A DNA stretch of 32,000 bases, taken from Natranaeroarchaeum sulfidigenes. GTDB taxonomy: Archaea > Halobacteriota > Halobacteria > Halobacteriales > Natronoarchaeaceae. The notes below the pieces were generated by a model. That model was given only the letters and a program-made list of their open reading frames with translations. It made no database searches and was not told where the DNA came from. Location: positions 2,514,788 to 2,546,787 of the forward strand of contig NZ_CP064786.1 in the NCBI RefSeq assembly GCF_017094485.1, read 5' to 3'. Within the stretch, counting starts at the first letter, position 1, and every line of letters starts with the position of its first letter. Made by a program: the position numbers and the translations under genes. Of the stretch, positions 1 to 9,305 are shown in pieces.

Positions 1-843
1 CGCTCGCAGTTCGGTGCTCGTGTTCCGGTCCGCCGGCGCGAGCGCGACGAGCGAGCCATCGGGCGCGAGGGCGTCGAGATACCGCCGGGCAACCGCTCTC
101 GGATCGTCCAGTTCGCTGAGGACGTTCCCGAAGAGGATCAGGTCGAACTCACCTGATGGGTCGAACTCCTCCGCACGCTCCCGGTGGATCTCCGTGTGGA
201 CGTTCCGGTCGGCTTCATCGAGTATCGCCGACAGCACGTCCGCTGCGTCGCTCGGCTCGACGGCGTGATACTCGACGAGCGCGTCGTCGGGCAGCAGATC
301 ACAGAGCCCCAGCGCGGGACCGCCGACGCCCGCCCCGACGTCGAGTACCCGCAGTTTGCGCGGAAGTAACCGTCGCTCAATCAGATCGGTAAGGGCGTAC
401 TGGACGACCGCGTAGTAGTCCGGCAGGTGGTAGATCGCGTAGGCCAGCGCCGCCTCGTAGTCGTACTCGACGGGGTGCTGGCGGTAGTAGGCGTCCTTGA
501 GCTTCCGAATCCGCTCTCGAAGGGCGTTGCCGGACTCGCCATCCGGCCAGTCTATTCCGTACTCCGCGACGAGCAGTTCCTCCAGCACGGCCCCGTACTC
601 GTCGGGGAACCGGTCGACCCGCTCCACGGCGGTCGCGACCGGCTTCTCCCCAACTGGCACGAAGGTTCCCTCGTCGGTCTCGACGAGACCGAGGTCGAAC
701 GCCTCCTCGCGAAGGGTCTGGCGCACGACCGCGGGATGTGGCTGGCTCTCGACGTACTCGTAGATCTCCTCGGGATCGATCGGTCGGACCTCCCTGAGAT
801 ACTTCGCTGTATCCCGGATCGCCGTTCGTTCGTCGTTACTCAT
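1..843 (-). CDS. Rsm22-family / SAM-dependent methyltransferase-like protein (3' end beyond window)
   Basis: Open minus-strand frame read by hand from ATG at 843 (MSNDERTAIRDTAKYLREVRPIDPEEIYEYVEGQPHP...); contains a VLDVGAGVGGPALGL SAM-binding motif and a FDLILFGNVLSEL segment; no stop before the window edge, so it is absent from the ORF track. Start overlaps the end of the upstream tyrA-like gene by 8 bp. Confidence 0.7.
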   Translation of the reverse strand, partial: MSNDERTAIRDTAKYLREVRPIDPEEIYEYVESQPHPAVVRQTLREEAFDLGLVETDEGTFVPVGEKPVATAVERVDRFPDEYGAVLEELLVAEYGIDWPDGESGNALRERIRKLKDAYYRQHPVEYDYEAALAYAIYHLPDYYAVVQYALTDLIERRLLPRKLRVLDVGAGVGGPALGLCDLLPDDALVEYHAVEPSDAADVLSAILDEADRNVHTEIHRERAEEFDPSGEFDLILFGNVLSELDDPRAVARRYLDALAPDGSLVALAPADRNTSTELRA

Positions 844-1567
844 CTTCGGTCCTCCCGGCCTCCCGATAGAGTCGCTCGAACTCCTCGTCGTCCGCGTTCG
901 CGATCCGTGCCGCCACCGCGGCGACGTCCTTGGCACCGTCGAAGGCCGACTGGATCTCGCTGTACACGGCCGGGTTGTTCCCGGTCATCTGCTCGACCAG
1001 CGCTTCTAGCCCACCCGAGATCGGCGTCTGGAACCGCTCGGGGACGTCCTCGGTCGCCAGCGCGTATGCGAGCACCGCCGCGTGTGCCCCGGATTGCACG
1101 TCGTTCATCGCCGCATCGTGTTCTTCCGGCGTCGTCTCGAACAACTCGTTGCCCACCATCGCGAGGCCCCCACGGAGCGTGTCGGTGACCGGTCCCGGAC
1201 TGTCGGCAACGATGGCGACGTTGCCCGGCGCGTTCTCCGGCGCGAACAGTGGGTGGAAACTGACGCGTTCGAGATCGGGGGCGTGGGTTTCCATCGCGGC
1301 GACGGGGCCAGCCATCGCGCCCGTCACGTCAACGATCGCTTCGGTCGCCCGGTCGGCGTATTCGGCGATCACCGTTTCGGCAGCAGACATCGGCACGGCG
1401 ATACAGACGACCTCGTACGTCTCGTCCGGCGCGGCGACCCGCCCGCCGACGGCGTCCGCTGCACTCGCTGCAGCGTCCCCGTCGATATCCGTAAAGACCG
1501 GCGTGGCGTCGACGCTCTCGCCGAACCACCGCCCCATCGCGCCCGCGCCGACGATCAGTACCTCCAT
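836..1567 (-). CDS. tyrA: Prephenate/arogenate dehydrogenase family protein
   Basis: N-terminal Rossmann motif MEVLIVGAGAMGRWFG; HPLFAP segment typical of archaeal prephenate dehydrogenase. Confidence 0.8.
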   Translation of the reverse strand: MEVLIVGAGAMGRWFGESVDATPVFTDIDGDAAASAADAVGGRVAAPDETYEVVCIAVPMSAAETVIAEYADRATEAIVDVTGAMAGPVAAMETHAPDLERVSFHPLFAPENAPGNVAIVADSPGPVTDTLRGGLAMVGNELFETTPEEHDAAMNDVQSGAHAAVLAYALATEDVPERFQTPISGGLEALVEQMTGNNPAVYSEIQSAFDGAKDVAAVAARIANADDEEFERLYREAGRTEDE

Positions 1568-1654
1568 CGACGCGAGATAGCAAGTCTCGCCTCAAAAGGG
1601 ATTCGGAGTGCCGTTCCGAAGGGGTTTTAGCCGCTTCGGGGGATTACTTCGGAT

Positions 1655-2356
1655 ATGACTGCTCCCTGGGCCGAGTGGGACCACATCGTGAAGATCGACC
1701 CCGACAAGACGTTACCGGAGGGGGAAACGTACGAGGACGTGCTGGCAACCGGAACCGACGCCATCGAGATCGGCGGGACGACCGGGATGACGACCGACAA
1801 GATGGAACGCGTCATCGAGGCCTGTGCCGCTCACGACGTTCCGCTGTATCTCGAACCGAGCGCACCCGAAGTGGCCGTCAACGACGAGGCGCTCGACGGC
1901 TATCTCATCCCGACCGTCTTCAACACCGAGAACCCATTCTGGCTCGCGGGCGCGCACAAGGAGTGGACACGCATCGAGGACGAGCTCCCCTGGGATCGCA
2001 TCACGACGGAGGCATACATCGTGATGAACCCCGACTCCGCGGTCGCAACGTACACCGAGGCTGACTGCGATCTGAGTGCCGAGGACGCCGCCGCCTACGC
2101 CACCGTCGCCGAGCGCCTGTTCGGCCAGGAGATCATCTACGTCGAGTACTCCGGCACACTCGGTGATCCGGAAATCGTCGGCGCGGCACACGACGCCCTC
2201 GACGAGGCCACCCTCTTTTACGGCGGCGGCGTCCACGACTACGACTCCGCATACGAACTCGGCCAGCACACAGACGTCGTCGTCGTCGGTGATCTGGTCC
2301 ACGACGAAGGGGCAGAGGCAGTCGCCGAAACGGTCCGTGGCGCACAGGACGCCTGA
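1655..2356 (+). CDS. Geranylgeranylglyceryl phosphate synthase (archaeal lipid biosynthesis)
   Basis: TIM-barrel protein with [33 protein letters not shown] and [13 protein letters not shown] motifs characteristic of the GGGPS/PcrB family. Confidence 0.88.
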   Translation: MTAPWAEWDHIVKIDPDKTLPEGETYEDVLATGTDAIEIGGTTGMTTDKMERVIEACAAHDVPLYLEPSAPEVAVNDEALDGYLIPTVFNTENPFWLAGAHKEWTRIEDELPWDRITTEAYIVMNPDSAVATYTEADCDLSAEDAAAYATVAERLFGQEIIYVEYSGTLGDPEIVGAAHDALDEATLFYGGGVHDYDSAYELGQHTDVVVVGDLVHDEGAEAVAETVRGAQDA

Positions 2357-2357
2357 G

Positions 2358-2744
2358 TTATCGATCGATATCGACCAGCGCAGCGACACAGCCCGCTGCC
2401 GCGACGACATGCGTGATCCCCAGCACGACCAGCCGTGGGATCGTTGCGCCCTCCAGCGTCGCAGCGAAATCGAGAGAGACAAAGGAGACGAGCAGAACCA
2501 CCGCGGCGATAGCAAGGAAGGGGCGGTCCGGATCGGCAAGTCGCCAGTCTAGCAGGCTGTAGGTTATCGCCGCTCCGATTCCGGCGATCGTCGAGACGAG
2601 TACGACCGGTACGATGCTGAGCGGGCCGAACCAGCCGACAGTCAGGTACGCGAGTACGAGCACCGCGAGGTTGCCCGCGACCGCGAAACTGAGCGCAGGA
2701 ACGGCTCGACCGATCACAGTTCGAACGCTACCACGTATTGTCAT
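2358..2744 (-). CDS. Small multi-pass membrane protein, unknown function
   Basis: Four hydrophobic segments (ALSFAVAGNLAVLVLAYL, LSIVPVVLVSTIAGIGAAI, FLAIAAVVLLVSFVSL, VVLGITHVVAAAGCVAAL). Start placed at the ATG at 2744 (MTIRGSVR) rather than 2795, giving a plausible promoter spacing. Confidence 0.6.
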   Translation of the reverse strand: MTIRGSVRTVIGRAVPALSFAVAGNLAVLVLAYLTVGWFGPLSIVPVVLVSTIAGIGAAITYSLLDWRLADPDRPFLAIAAVVLLVSFVSLDFAATLEGATIPRLVVLGITHVVAAAGCVAALVDIDR

Positions 2745-2780
2745 GCACAGCACTACACTGTTCGAAGTAATAAGCTTGTA

Positions 2781-2798
2781 ACTTTGAAGTGTCAAAGT
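2781..2798. promoter_or_regulatory. Candidate operator: perfect inverted repeat ACTTTGA-AGTG-TCAAAGT
   Basis: 7-bp perfect arms in the divergent promoter region between the membrane-protein gene (-) and the HxlR-type regulator (+). Confidence 0.55.
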
Positions 2799-2873
2799 AC
2801 TGGGGCTCTATTAACGGTTGTTACAATAGTTCGAAAACAAAAGTATTAGTGATCGGATATCGTTACGACGGCT

Positions 2874-3287
2874 ATGAGCGGGAACAACGGTCCACCAGCC
2901 GATCACGAACCGCGGGGACGAACGACGAGCGAGGATATCAGGGCGCGACGCGAGTCGCTCTCCGAGGACGACCGGGCAGCGGTCGAGGAGACCGTCGCCG
3001 AGCTGCTCGACGTGCTCGGAAAAACCCACGCGATGGCGGTGCTCAGCGAGTTCGCCGTTGCCGAGGAGCCCCTGCGCTTTTCGGATCTCCAGTCGACACT
3101 GGATGTCCCGCCGAACACGCTCTCGACGCGGCTTTCCGAACTAACTGAGGCCGGGCTGCTCGTCCGGGAATCTCACGACGAAGTCCCTCCGAGAGTCGTC
3201 TACGAGCCGACCGAGAAGGCTGAGGGGCTGTTCCCCGCGTTTGGTTATCTCCACGAGTGGGCGATCGAGCAGGCTACCGACCGCTGA
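2874..3287 (+). CDS. HxlR-type winged-helix transcriptional regulator
   Basis: LDVLGKTHAMAVLSEFAVAEEPLRFSDLQSTLDVPPNTLSTRLSELTEAGLLVRESH...PPRVVYEPTEKAEGLFPAF matches the HxlR wHTH layout. Confidence 0.82.
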   Translation: MSGNNGPPADHEPRGRTTSEDIRARRESLSEDDRAAVEETVAELLDVLGKTHAMAVLSEFAVAEEPLRFSDLQSTLDVPPNTLSTRLSELTEAGLLVRESHDEVPPRVVYEPTEKAEGLFPAFGYLHEWAIEQATDR

Positions 3288-3296
3288 CCGACAGCC

Positions 3297-3788
3297 TCAG
3301 CGCCACGGACCGAACGACTTCTCCATGACACGCACCGGCAACGGCACCGATTCTCCCTCGTACTCCTTCTGGATCGTCTCATCCCGGGTCGTCCGGTAGC
3401 CCTGCCGTTCGTAGAACGCAACCGCGTTGAGCGAGGACCACAGTTCGAGACGGTCGACGCCCTGACCAAGTGCGTACCCCTCCAGATGGGCGAGGATCGT
3501 TGAGCCGACGCCACGTCGTGCGTGATCGGGGTCGACGTACACCGCACGGATCTCCTCGCCCTCGGGAATAACGTGCCCGTAGCCCACCACTTCGCCGTCC
3601 CGTTCGGCAATGACCAGATGATGACTACTCTCTGTGACCGGGTAGGCATCGGTCCCGTCGTCCTTCGTCGCCCACGCCTCGACCTGCCGATCGGTGTAGC
3701 CGTTCGGTCCACGCTCACGGATCGCCTCGACGTGAAGCGAGCGGATCCGATCCATGTCTCGGCTGGTTGCGACCCGAATGCATGTCAT
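3297..3788 (-). CDS. GNAT family N-acetyltransferase
   Basis: RAVYVDPDHARRGVGSTILAHLEGYALGQGVDRLELWSSLNAVAFYERQGY is the acetyl-CoA binding region; start set at MTCIRVATSRD. Confidence 0.85.
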   Translation of the reverse strand: MTCIRVATSRDMDRIRSLHVEAIRERGPNGYTDRQVEAWATKDDGTDAYPVTESSHHLVIAERDGEVVGYGHVIPEGEEIRAVYVDPDHARRGVGSTILAHLEGYALGQGVDRLELWSSLNAVAFYERQGYRTTRDETIQKEYEGESVPLPVRVMEKSFGPWR

Positions 3789-3962
3789 GGCTGACCATTG
3801 TCTTTCCACAGGGAAAATCCCGCGCCGCCAGAAGCAGGTTCGGCGACGAGTTCAAAATACATATAGCACTAATTGATTTACTGCGGTGCACAGCCTCGGT
3901 CGCATCGCTGTCCATGCAGCCGTCGAAAATAGCTTCCTGAGCGTTCCCCGCGTCGAAATCGA

Positions 3963-4763
3963 TCAGAGATGCCGCCCGACGGCGGTCATCCCGCCGTCGA
4001 CGTCGAGCGTCGTTCCGGTGACAAAAGAAGCCTGATCAGATGCCAGAAAGGCGATTCCTTCGGCGAGTTCGCTCGGGTGAGCGTGGCGCTTGAGGATCGC
4101 CGGGCCATCCTCTCGTCGGGTCGTCGCGTCGGCGATGCGCTCGTAGGCCTCGTCGTCCTCCAGGTCACCGAGGTGGTAGTCGGTGATCGTCCAGCCCGGC
4201 GAGACGGCGTTGGCACGGATACCGTGGTCGGCGTGGTCGCAGGCTATATCGCGGGTTAGTGCCACGACCCCGGCCTTGGTCGCGTCGTAGAGTGACCACT
4301 CCTCGCGTCCGATGGTGGCGTTGGCCGACGCGACGTTGACGATCGCGCTCCCCTCATCAAGTTTCGGGATGGCGTGTTTACAACACCGTGCGATTCCCTG
4401 GAGGTTGATATCGACGATCTGGTCTATCGCCGCCTCCTCGGCCTCGGGTAACGGCCCTGCGTCGATCCGCGTTCCGACGTTGTTGACGAGGACGTCGAGG
4501 CCGCCCCATTCGTCTCCAATACGGCGGAACGCCGACTCGACCGCAGCGTCGTCGGTGACATCACATTCGATCGCGAGGTGTTCGTCCCCATCGAGCGTCG
4601 CGACCGTGCGGTCGGCCATCTGCGAGTCGACATCGATCACCGCAACGTCGGCGCCTTCGTCGGCGAGCAATTGTGCTGTCGCTTCACCGATACCGATCGC
4701 TCTGTCGGTGTGTGCGCCGCCGCCGGTGACGGCCACCCGTTTTCCCTCGAATCGCCTGGACAT
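3963..4763 (-). CDS. SDR family oxidoreductase (short-chain dehydrogenase)
   Basis: VAVTGGGAHTDRAIGIGEATAQLLADEGADVAVID, NNVG and YDATKAGVVALTRDIA motifs; CAT at 4761-4763 is the likely start. Confidence 0.87.
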   Translation of the reverse strand: MSRRFEGKRVAVTGGGAHTDRAIGIGEATAQLLADEGADVAVIDVDSQMADRTVATLDGDEHLAIECDVTDDAAVESAFRRIGDEWGGLDVLVNNVGTRIDAGPLPEAEEAAIDQIVDINLQGIARCCKHAIPKLDEGSAIVNVASANATIGREEWSLYDATKAGVVALTRDIACDHADHGIRANAVSPGWTITDYHLGDLEDDEAYERIADATTRREDGPAILKRHAHPSELAEGIAFLASDQASFVTGTTLDVDGGMTAVGRHL

Positions 4764-4921
4764 GTGCCCGGCTGCACGGCGAGCACACATAACGGTTGGT
4801 ACACCGGTTAAACGGCCCGACCCAACCAGTTTGTTTCCGGGGCGACACGGTAGGATGGCACGAGGCAAGCGTACCGACGAGAACCGACGCAGTTTAAGGC
4901 TCGGCGGCAAAAATCGAGGGT

Positions 4922-6223
4922 ATGGAAGACCGAACGTATACAGCGGACGCCGAACCAGGCGACACCGTCACCGTCGCCGGGTGGGCACACGAGCTCCGCG
5001 ACCTCGGTGGCATCGCTTTCCTCATCGTGCGAGACACAAGCGGGAAGATTCAGGTCAAATTCGAGAAAGACGAGATGGACGACGACCTCGTCGAGACCGG
5101 CCTCAACATCGCCCGCGAGAGCGTCGTACAGGTGACCGGCGCGGTCGAAGAAGAGCCGCGCGCGCCGACCGACGTCGAGATCGTTCCGGAGGAGGTCGAG
5201 GTTATCGCCGGGGCCGACCCCGAACTGCCGCTCGATCCCTCGGGGAAGGTCGACGCCGACCTCTCGACGCGACTCGACAACCGGACGCTCGACGTCCGCA
5301 AGCCGGAAGTCAAGGCAATCTTCGAGATCCGTGCCGAGATCCTGCGGGCCGTCCGCGAGTACTTCCGCTCGGTCGGTGGGACCGAGATCAACACGCCGAA
5401 GATCGTGGCTACGGGCACCGAGGGCGGCACTGAGCTGTTCCCGGTCACCTACTTCGGGCAAGAGGCGTTCATGAACCAGTCGCCGCAGCTGTTCAAGCAG
5501 CTGATGGTCGGCTCTGGCCTCGAACGGGTCTTCGAGATCGGCCCGATCTTCCGCGCCGAGGAGCACAACACGCCACGACACCTCAACGAGGCGACGATGA
5601 TCGACTTCGAATCCGCCTTCATCGACCACAATGAAGCGATGGACGTCTGTGAGGGCACACTGCACGCTGCCTATCAGGCCGTCGAGGAGAACTGTCAGGA
5701 GCAGCTCGATCTGCTGGGCTACGACGACTTCGCCGCGCCCGAGGAGGACTTCCCGCGACTCACCTACGAGGAAGCGATCGAGCGGATCAACGCAACGGGC
5801 GAACTCGACGAACAGCTCGTCTGGGGCGACGACCTCTCGACCGAGGCCGAGAAGGCACTGGGCGACGAGATCGGCGGTCACTACTTCATCACCGACTGGC
5901 CCAGCGAGATCAAGCCCTTCTACATCCAGGACTACGACGACGACCCCGAGCTCTCGAAGGGCTTCGACCTGATGCACCCGCGCATGGAGCTGGTTTCGGG
6001 CGGCCAGCGTGAACACCGTTTCGAGGCGCTTGAGGAAGGGTTCGAGCAGCAGGGTCTCGATCCCAGCCAGTTCGAGTACTACACCAAGATGTTCCGGTAT
6101 GGCATGCCGCCCCACGCCGGATGGGCCTACGGCGTCGAGCGCGTCGTCATGACGATGCTCGATCTCGATAACATCCGGGAAGCCGTGTTGTTCCCGCGAG
6201 ATCGACAACGGTTGAGTCCGTAG
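4922..6223 (+). CDS. aspS: Aspartyl-tRNA synthetase (archaeal type)
   Basis: OB-fold anticodon-binding domain ([27 protein letters not shown]) plus class II motifs ([48 protein letters not shown]; [14 protein letters not shown]). Confidence 0.95.
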   Translation: MEDRTYTADAEPGDTVTVAGWAHELRDLGGIAFLIVRDTSGKIQVKFEKDEMDDDLVETGLNIARESVVQVTGAVEEEPRAPTDVEIVPEEVEVIAGADPELPLDPSGKVDADLSTRLDNRTLDVRKPEVKAIFEIRAEILRAVREYFRSVGGTEINTPKIVATGTEGGTELFPVTYFGQEAFMNQSPQLFKQLMVGSGLERVFEIGPIFRAEEHNTPRHLNEATMIDFESAFIDHNEAMDVCEGTLHAAYQAVEENCQEQLDLLGYDDFAAPEEDFPRLTYEEAIERINATGELDEQLVWGDDLSTEAEKALGDEIGGHYFITDWPSEIKPFYIQDYDDDPELSKGFDLMHPRMELVSGGQREHRFEALEEGFEQQGLDPSQFEYYTKMFRYGMPPHAGWAYGVERVVMTMLDLDNIREAVLFPRDRQRLSP

Positions 6224-6225
6224 GA

Positions 6226-6320
6226 CTCGCCGTTACTCGGCGAGCGGGAGCTCGATAGACGATCGTAGTGAGTCTATCGGCGTTCCCGCGAGGCAGGCAG
6301 CGTCTGTCGCCGTAGGCGAC
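6226..6320. repeat. Three successive perfect inverted repeats in the aspS-mfnA gap
   Basis: CTCGCCG-TTACT-CGGCGAG (6226-6244); CGATAGAC-N11-GTCTATCG (6253-6279); GTCGCC-GTA-GGCGAC (6306-6320), directly after the aspS stop. Confidence 0.7.
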
Positions 6321-6385
6321 CGCCGACGGATAATCCCCTTTCTGAAGCGCAATCACTAAACGGGTGACGACCGTGAGTACCGTCA

Positions 6386-7459
6386 ATGCGAGCAGAGCCG
6401 CAGGATTTCGGTCGGGTCCTGTCGTCGATGTGTACGACACCACACCCGGCAGCCCGTGAAGCGGCCGAGCAGTTTCTCGCCACGAACCCTGGCGATCCCG
6501 ACACGTATCAAGCAGTCGCGGATCTGGAAGCCGAGGCGATCTCGCAACTGGCCGAGATCACCGGGCTCGTCAACCCACGCGGCTACGTCGCCAGCGGCGG
6601 GACAGAAGCCAACATTCAGGCCGTACGTGCGGCCAGAAACCTCGCGGCGACGCCGGAACCGAACGTCGTTGTCCCCGACAGCGGTCACTTCAGTTTTCAG
6701 AAGGCTGCTGGCGTACTCAACGTCGAGCTTCGTACTGCGCCAACGACCGACGAGTACCGGGTCGATCTCGACGCAGTCAGTGCGCTCGCGGACGAGGATA
6801 CCGTTCTGATCGTTGGTGTCGCCGGAACGACCGAGTACGGACGGGTCGATCCGCTCGGCGAACTGAGCCGGATTGCACGGGACGTCGACGCCCTCTTTCA
6901 CGTCGACGCGGCCTGGGGCGGCTTCGTTCTGCCGTTTACCGACTACGAGTGGCGCTTCGATCAGGTCCCGATCGATACGATGACGATCGATCCGCACAAG
7001 ATGGGACAGGCTTCGGTACCCGCTGGCGGATTTCTCACATCGTCGTCGGACATCCTCGATGCGCTGGCGATCGACACCCCCTATCTCGAATCGACCGACC
7101 AGGCAACGTTGACGGGCACCCGAAGCGGGGCGGGTGTCGCCAGCGCTGTCGCCGCAATGGACGCGCTCTGGCCCGAGGGGTATCGAGAGCAGTACGATCA
7201 GTCGATGCGAAACGCCGAGTGGCTGGCCGACGCCTTCACGGAGCGCGGGTTCGACGCCGTATCACCGACGCTCCCGCTGTTGGCTGTCGACCTGCCGGAC
7301 GGGCTCTTTGCCGGACTTCGCGAGCAAGGATGGCGGATCTCCCGGACAAGCGCGGGAGAACTGCGGATCGTCTGTATGCCCCATGTCACTCGCGAACAGT
7401 TGTCGGCGTTCATGACGGATCTCGATGCCCTGCGAGCACGACCTCGAACGAACTCCTGA
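6386..7459 (+). CDS. mfnA: PLP-dependent L-tyrosine/L-aspartate decarboxylase (MfnA family)
   Basis: Group II decarboxylase features: [48 protein letters not shown] (PLP lysine); archaeal MfnA-size protein. Confidence 0.88.
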   Translation: MRAEPQDFGRVLSSMCTTPHPAAREAAEQFLATNPGDPDTYQAVADLEAEAISQLAEITGLVNPRGYVASGGTEANIQAVRAARNLAATPEPNVVVPDSGHFSFQKAAGVLNVELRTAPTTDEYRVDLDAVSALADEDTVLIVGVAGTTEYGRVDPLGELSRIARDVDALFHVDAAWGGFVLPFTDYEWRFDQVPIDTMTIDPHKMGQASVPAGGFLTSSSDILDALAIDTPYLESTDQATLTGTRSGAGVASAVAAMDALWPEGYREQYDQSMRNAEWLADAFTERGFDAVSPTLPLLAVDLPDGLFAGLREQGWRISRTSAGELRIVCMPHVTREQLSAFMTDLDALRARPRTNS

Positions 7460-7541
7460 GCACACAGTTCGTCGAGTCGAAATTCCGTATCCGTCGTGTA
7501 AACCCGACTAACAGTGGCTGAAACGAGACTTACCGACAGCT

Positions 7542-7568
7542 ACGGCTTTGATATCCGAAGCCGTTTTT
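7542..7568 (+). terminator. Possible intrinsic-like terminator of mfnA (or TATA element of the next gene)
   Basis: ACGGCTT-N9-AAGCCGT perfect 7-bp arms followed by TTTTT. The same T-rich patch lies about 35 bp before the ATG at 7604, so it may be a TATA element. Confidence 0.4.
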
Positions 7569-7603
7569 ACAGGTAGGACTCCTCGATACCGGGGTCTCAC
7601 ATC

Positions 7604-8296
7604 ATGAACATCGAGATACTCAACTATCCACGGACCGGTGACGAGACGGCGCGAACGATTATCCTCGGCGGGCTACTGGTACTGCTGTCGGTGCTCGTCG
7701 TTCCGACGATACTGCTCGTCGGATATCTCCTGCGGGTGCTTCGGAGTTCAGCGGCCGACGAGCCAGACCCACCCGTACTGGACGAGTGGTGGGAGCTGTT
7801 CGTCGACGGGCTCCGTGGGACAGTGGTCTCGGTCGTGTACGGCCTGATACCCCTGATTGGGGTTGTCATAGCGGTCGGCGGCGTCATCACGATCGGTGCT
7901 GATTTCGGTGCACTCGGCGCACTCGGCGTGCTGATCGGCGGCCTGCTATGGATCGGGCTCACTATCGCCGTCATATACGCGCTTCCGGCCGCACTGGCGA
8001 ACGTCGCCGAGGAGGGGACGATCGGTTCGGGATTCGACTGGAAGACGCTGCGTCCAGCCCTCCGGAGCGAGGCATACGCCTCGGCGTGGCTGATCGGATT
8101 GCTGGTCGTCCTCGCTGGGGGAGCGATCGCTAGCCTGCTGAGTGCCGTTCCCGTACTTGGTACGATCGGCAGCGCCTTCGTGGTGTTTTACGCGCTGGTC
8201 GTCGCCTACCACGTCGTCGGTCGGGCGTGGGGCGACCACGCCGAAGCACTGCTGAGCGTCGACCCTGACGTCGGCGGGGAGCAGTCCGCGGTCTGA
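7604..8296 (+). CDS. DUF4013 family membrane protein
   Basis: YPRTGDETARTIILGGLLVLLSVLVVPTILLVGYLLRVL and multiple TM segments, a typical haloarchaeal DUF4013 N-terminus. Confidence 0.78.
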   Translation: MNIEILNYPRTGDETARTIILGGLLVLLSVLVVPTILLVGYLLRVLRSSAADEPDPPVLDEWWELFVDGLRGTVVSVVYGLIPLIGVVIAVGGVITIGADFGALGALGVLIGGLLWIGLTIAVIYALPAALANVAEEGTIGSGFDWKTLRPALRSEAYASAWLIGLLVVLAGGAIASLLSAVPVLGTIGSAFVVFYALVVAYHVVGRAWGDHAEALLSVDPDVGGEQSAV

Positions 8297-8423
8297 TAAT
8301 AATTTTATTGTATGGAGCTGATTGGGGACGGCATAAACTATATACTGAGATATCAAATCAATAGCGTATCCGTGAGACGACGCTCCGCGGAAGCTGACCG
8401 GTGAGTCACCTAACGTCGAATAG

Positions 8424-8451
8424 TGTAGTGCAATACTACAACGACTGTAGT
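8424..8451. repeat. Alternating inverted 6-mers, TGTAGT-N5-ACTACA-N5-TGTAGT
   Basis: TGTAGT 8424-8429, ACTACA 8435-8440, TGTAGT 8446-8451; start-to-start spacing of exactly 11 bp. An overlapping AGTTTG-AG-CAAACT lies at 8449-8462. Confidence 0.7.
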
Positions 8452-8475
8452 TTGAGCAAACTTCGACCGGCGATG

Positions 8476-8838
8476 CTATGCTGACCGCGCATCATCCTGT
8501 GCGGCAAGGTCAAGATACGGCTGTAGTTGCTCAGCCGCCGGGAGGAGTTCGATCGTATCAGTATCGGCATCGTACTGGAGAACTCCTGCATCGGCGAGTT
8601 TCGGCAGGTGTCTGTGATAGAGTCCTGTTGCGATTCGCTGGTGGTGGCGCTCCTCCTCGACTGGCTCCCACACGGTCAGCGCGTCGGAGAGATCGGGGAG
8701 GCTGACCGTCCCGACCTGCTCGGAGATGTAGTAGAGGGCGTGTCGACGCCGTGTGACACTCAGCAGGTCGAAAATGACGTCCGCGGATAGCTCACTCCGG
8801 GCGGGTTTCTGCCTGTCGTCTCTGGTATCTGTATTCAT
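8476..8838 (-). CDS. DUF7344-type haloarchaeal winged-helix protein
   Basis: FDLLSVTRRRHALYYISEQVGTVSLPDLSDALTVWE...LYHRHLPKLADAGVLQYDADTDTIEL. Confidence 0.75.
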   Translation of the reverse strand: MNTDTRDDRQKPARSELSADVIFDLLSVTRRRHALYYISEQVGTVSLPDLSDALTVWEPVEEERHHQRIATGLYHRHLPKLADAGVLQYDADTDTIELLPAAEQLQPYLDLAAQDDARSA

Positions 8839-8958
8839 GGCTCTGGACGTACACTCGTGAGTACGACTGCGGTTTCGTCTGAGTTGAAATAATGGTATGT
8901 ACCCCTTGCGTACCCGTGGGGAGACAATACTTGCTAGCAGGTAGCGTGGAGTGGTCGG

Positions 8959-9141
8959 CTACTCCTCGCATATGATTTCGATACTCCAGTCCGGGACGCT
9001 GCCGGTTGGCGTCTCGATCCGCCAGTGGCCGGCAACATCTGCACCGTCTGCAAAGGATGTCAACAGCAGGTCAGTCAGTCGCGTCTCGAACTCGCTGGTC
9101 GCAGCGCCGTTTCGGTGGGTGGCCGCATCGTCGGTCGTCAT
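8959..9141 (-). CDS. Small acidic hypothetical protein (60 aa)
   Basis: MTTDDAATHRNGAATSEFETRLTDLLLTSFADGADVAGHWRIETPTGSVPDWSIEIICEE; acidic haloarchaeal composition, fills the gap between convincing genes. Confidence 0.6.
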   Translation of the reverse strand: MTTDDAATHRNGAATSEFETRLTDLLLTSFADGADVAGHWRIETPTGSVPDWSIEIICEE

Positions 9142-9305
9142 GGTTGTCGGGAGAGCAGCGCGCCTGAAACGCAGGGTGCGTCGATGGCCCTCGTCGCTAC
9201 TTCTCAGGGGTTTCAGGCCGGGAAGACGTATAACGGTATCGCGATACTGGAACGGGTCAGTCGGAAACCAGCGGGTTTTACTCCGGCAAGGTACGAGGAG
9301 GGTGT

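Noticed and set aside
4808-6208. 466-aa minus-strand ORF opposite aspS
   Set aside because: Antisense artefact; aspS on the plus strand carries all class II synthetase motifs.
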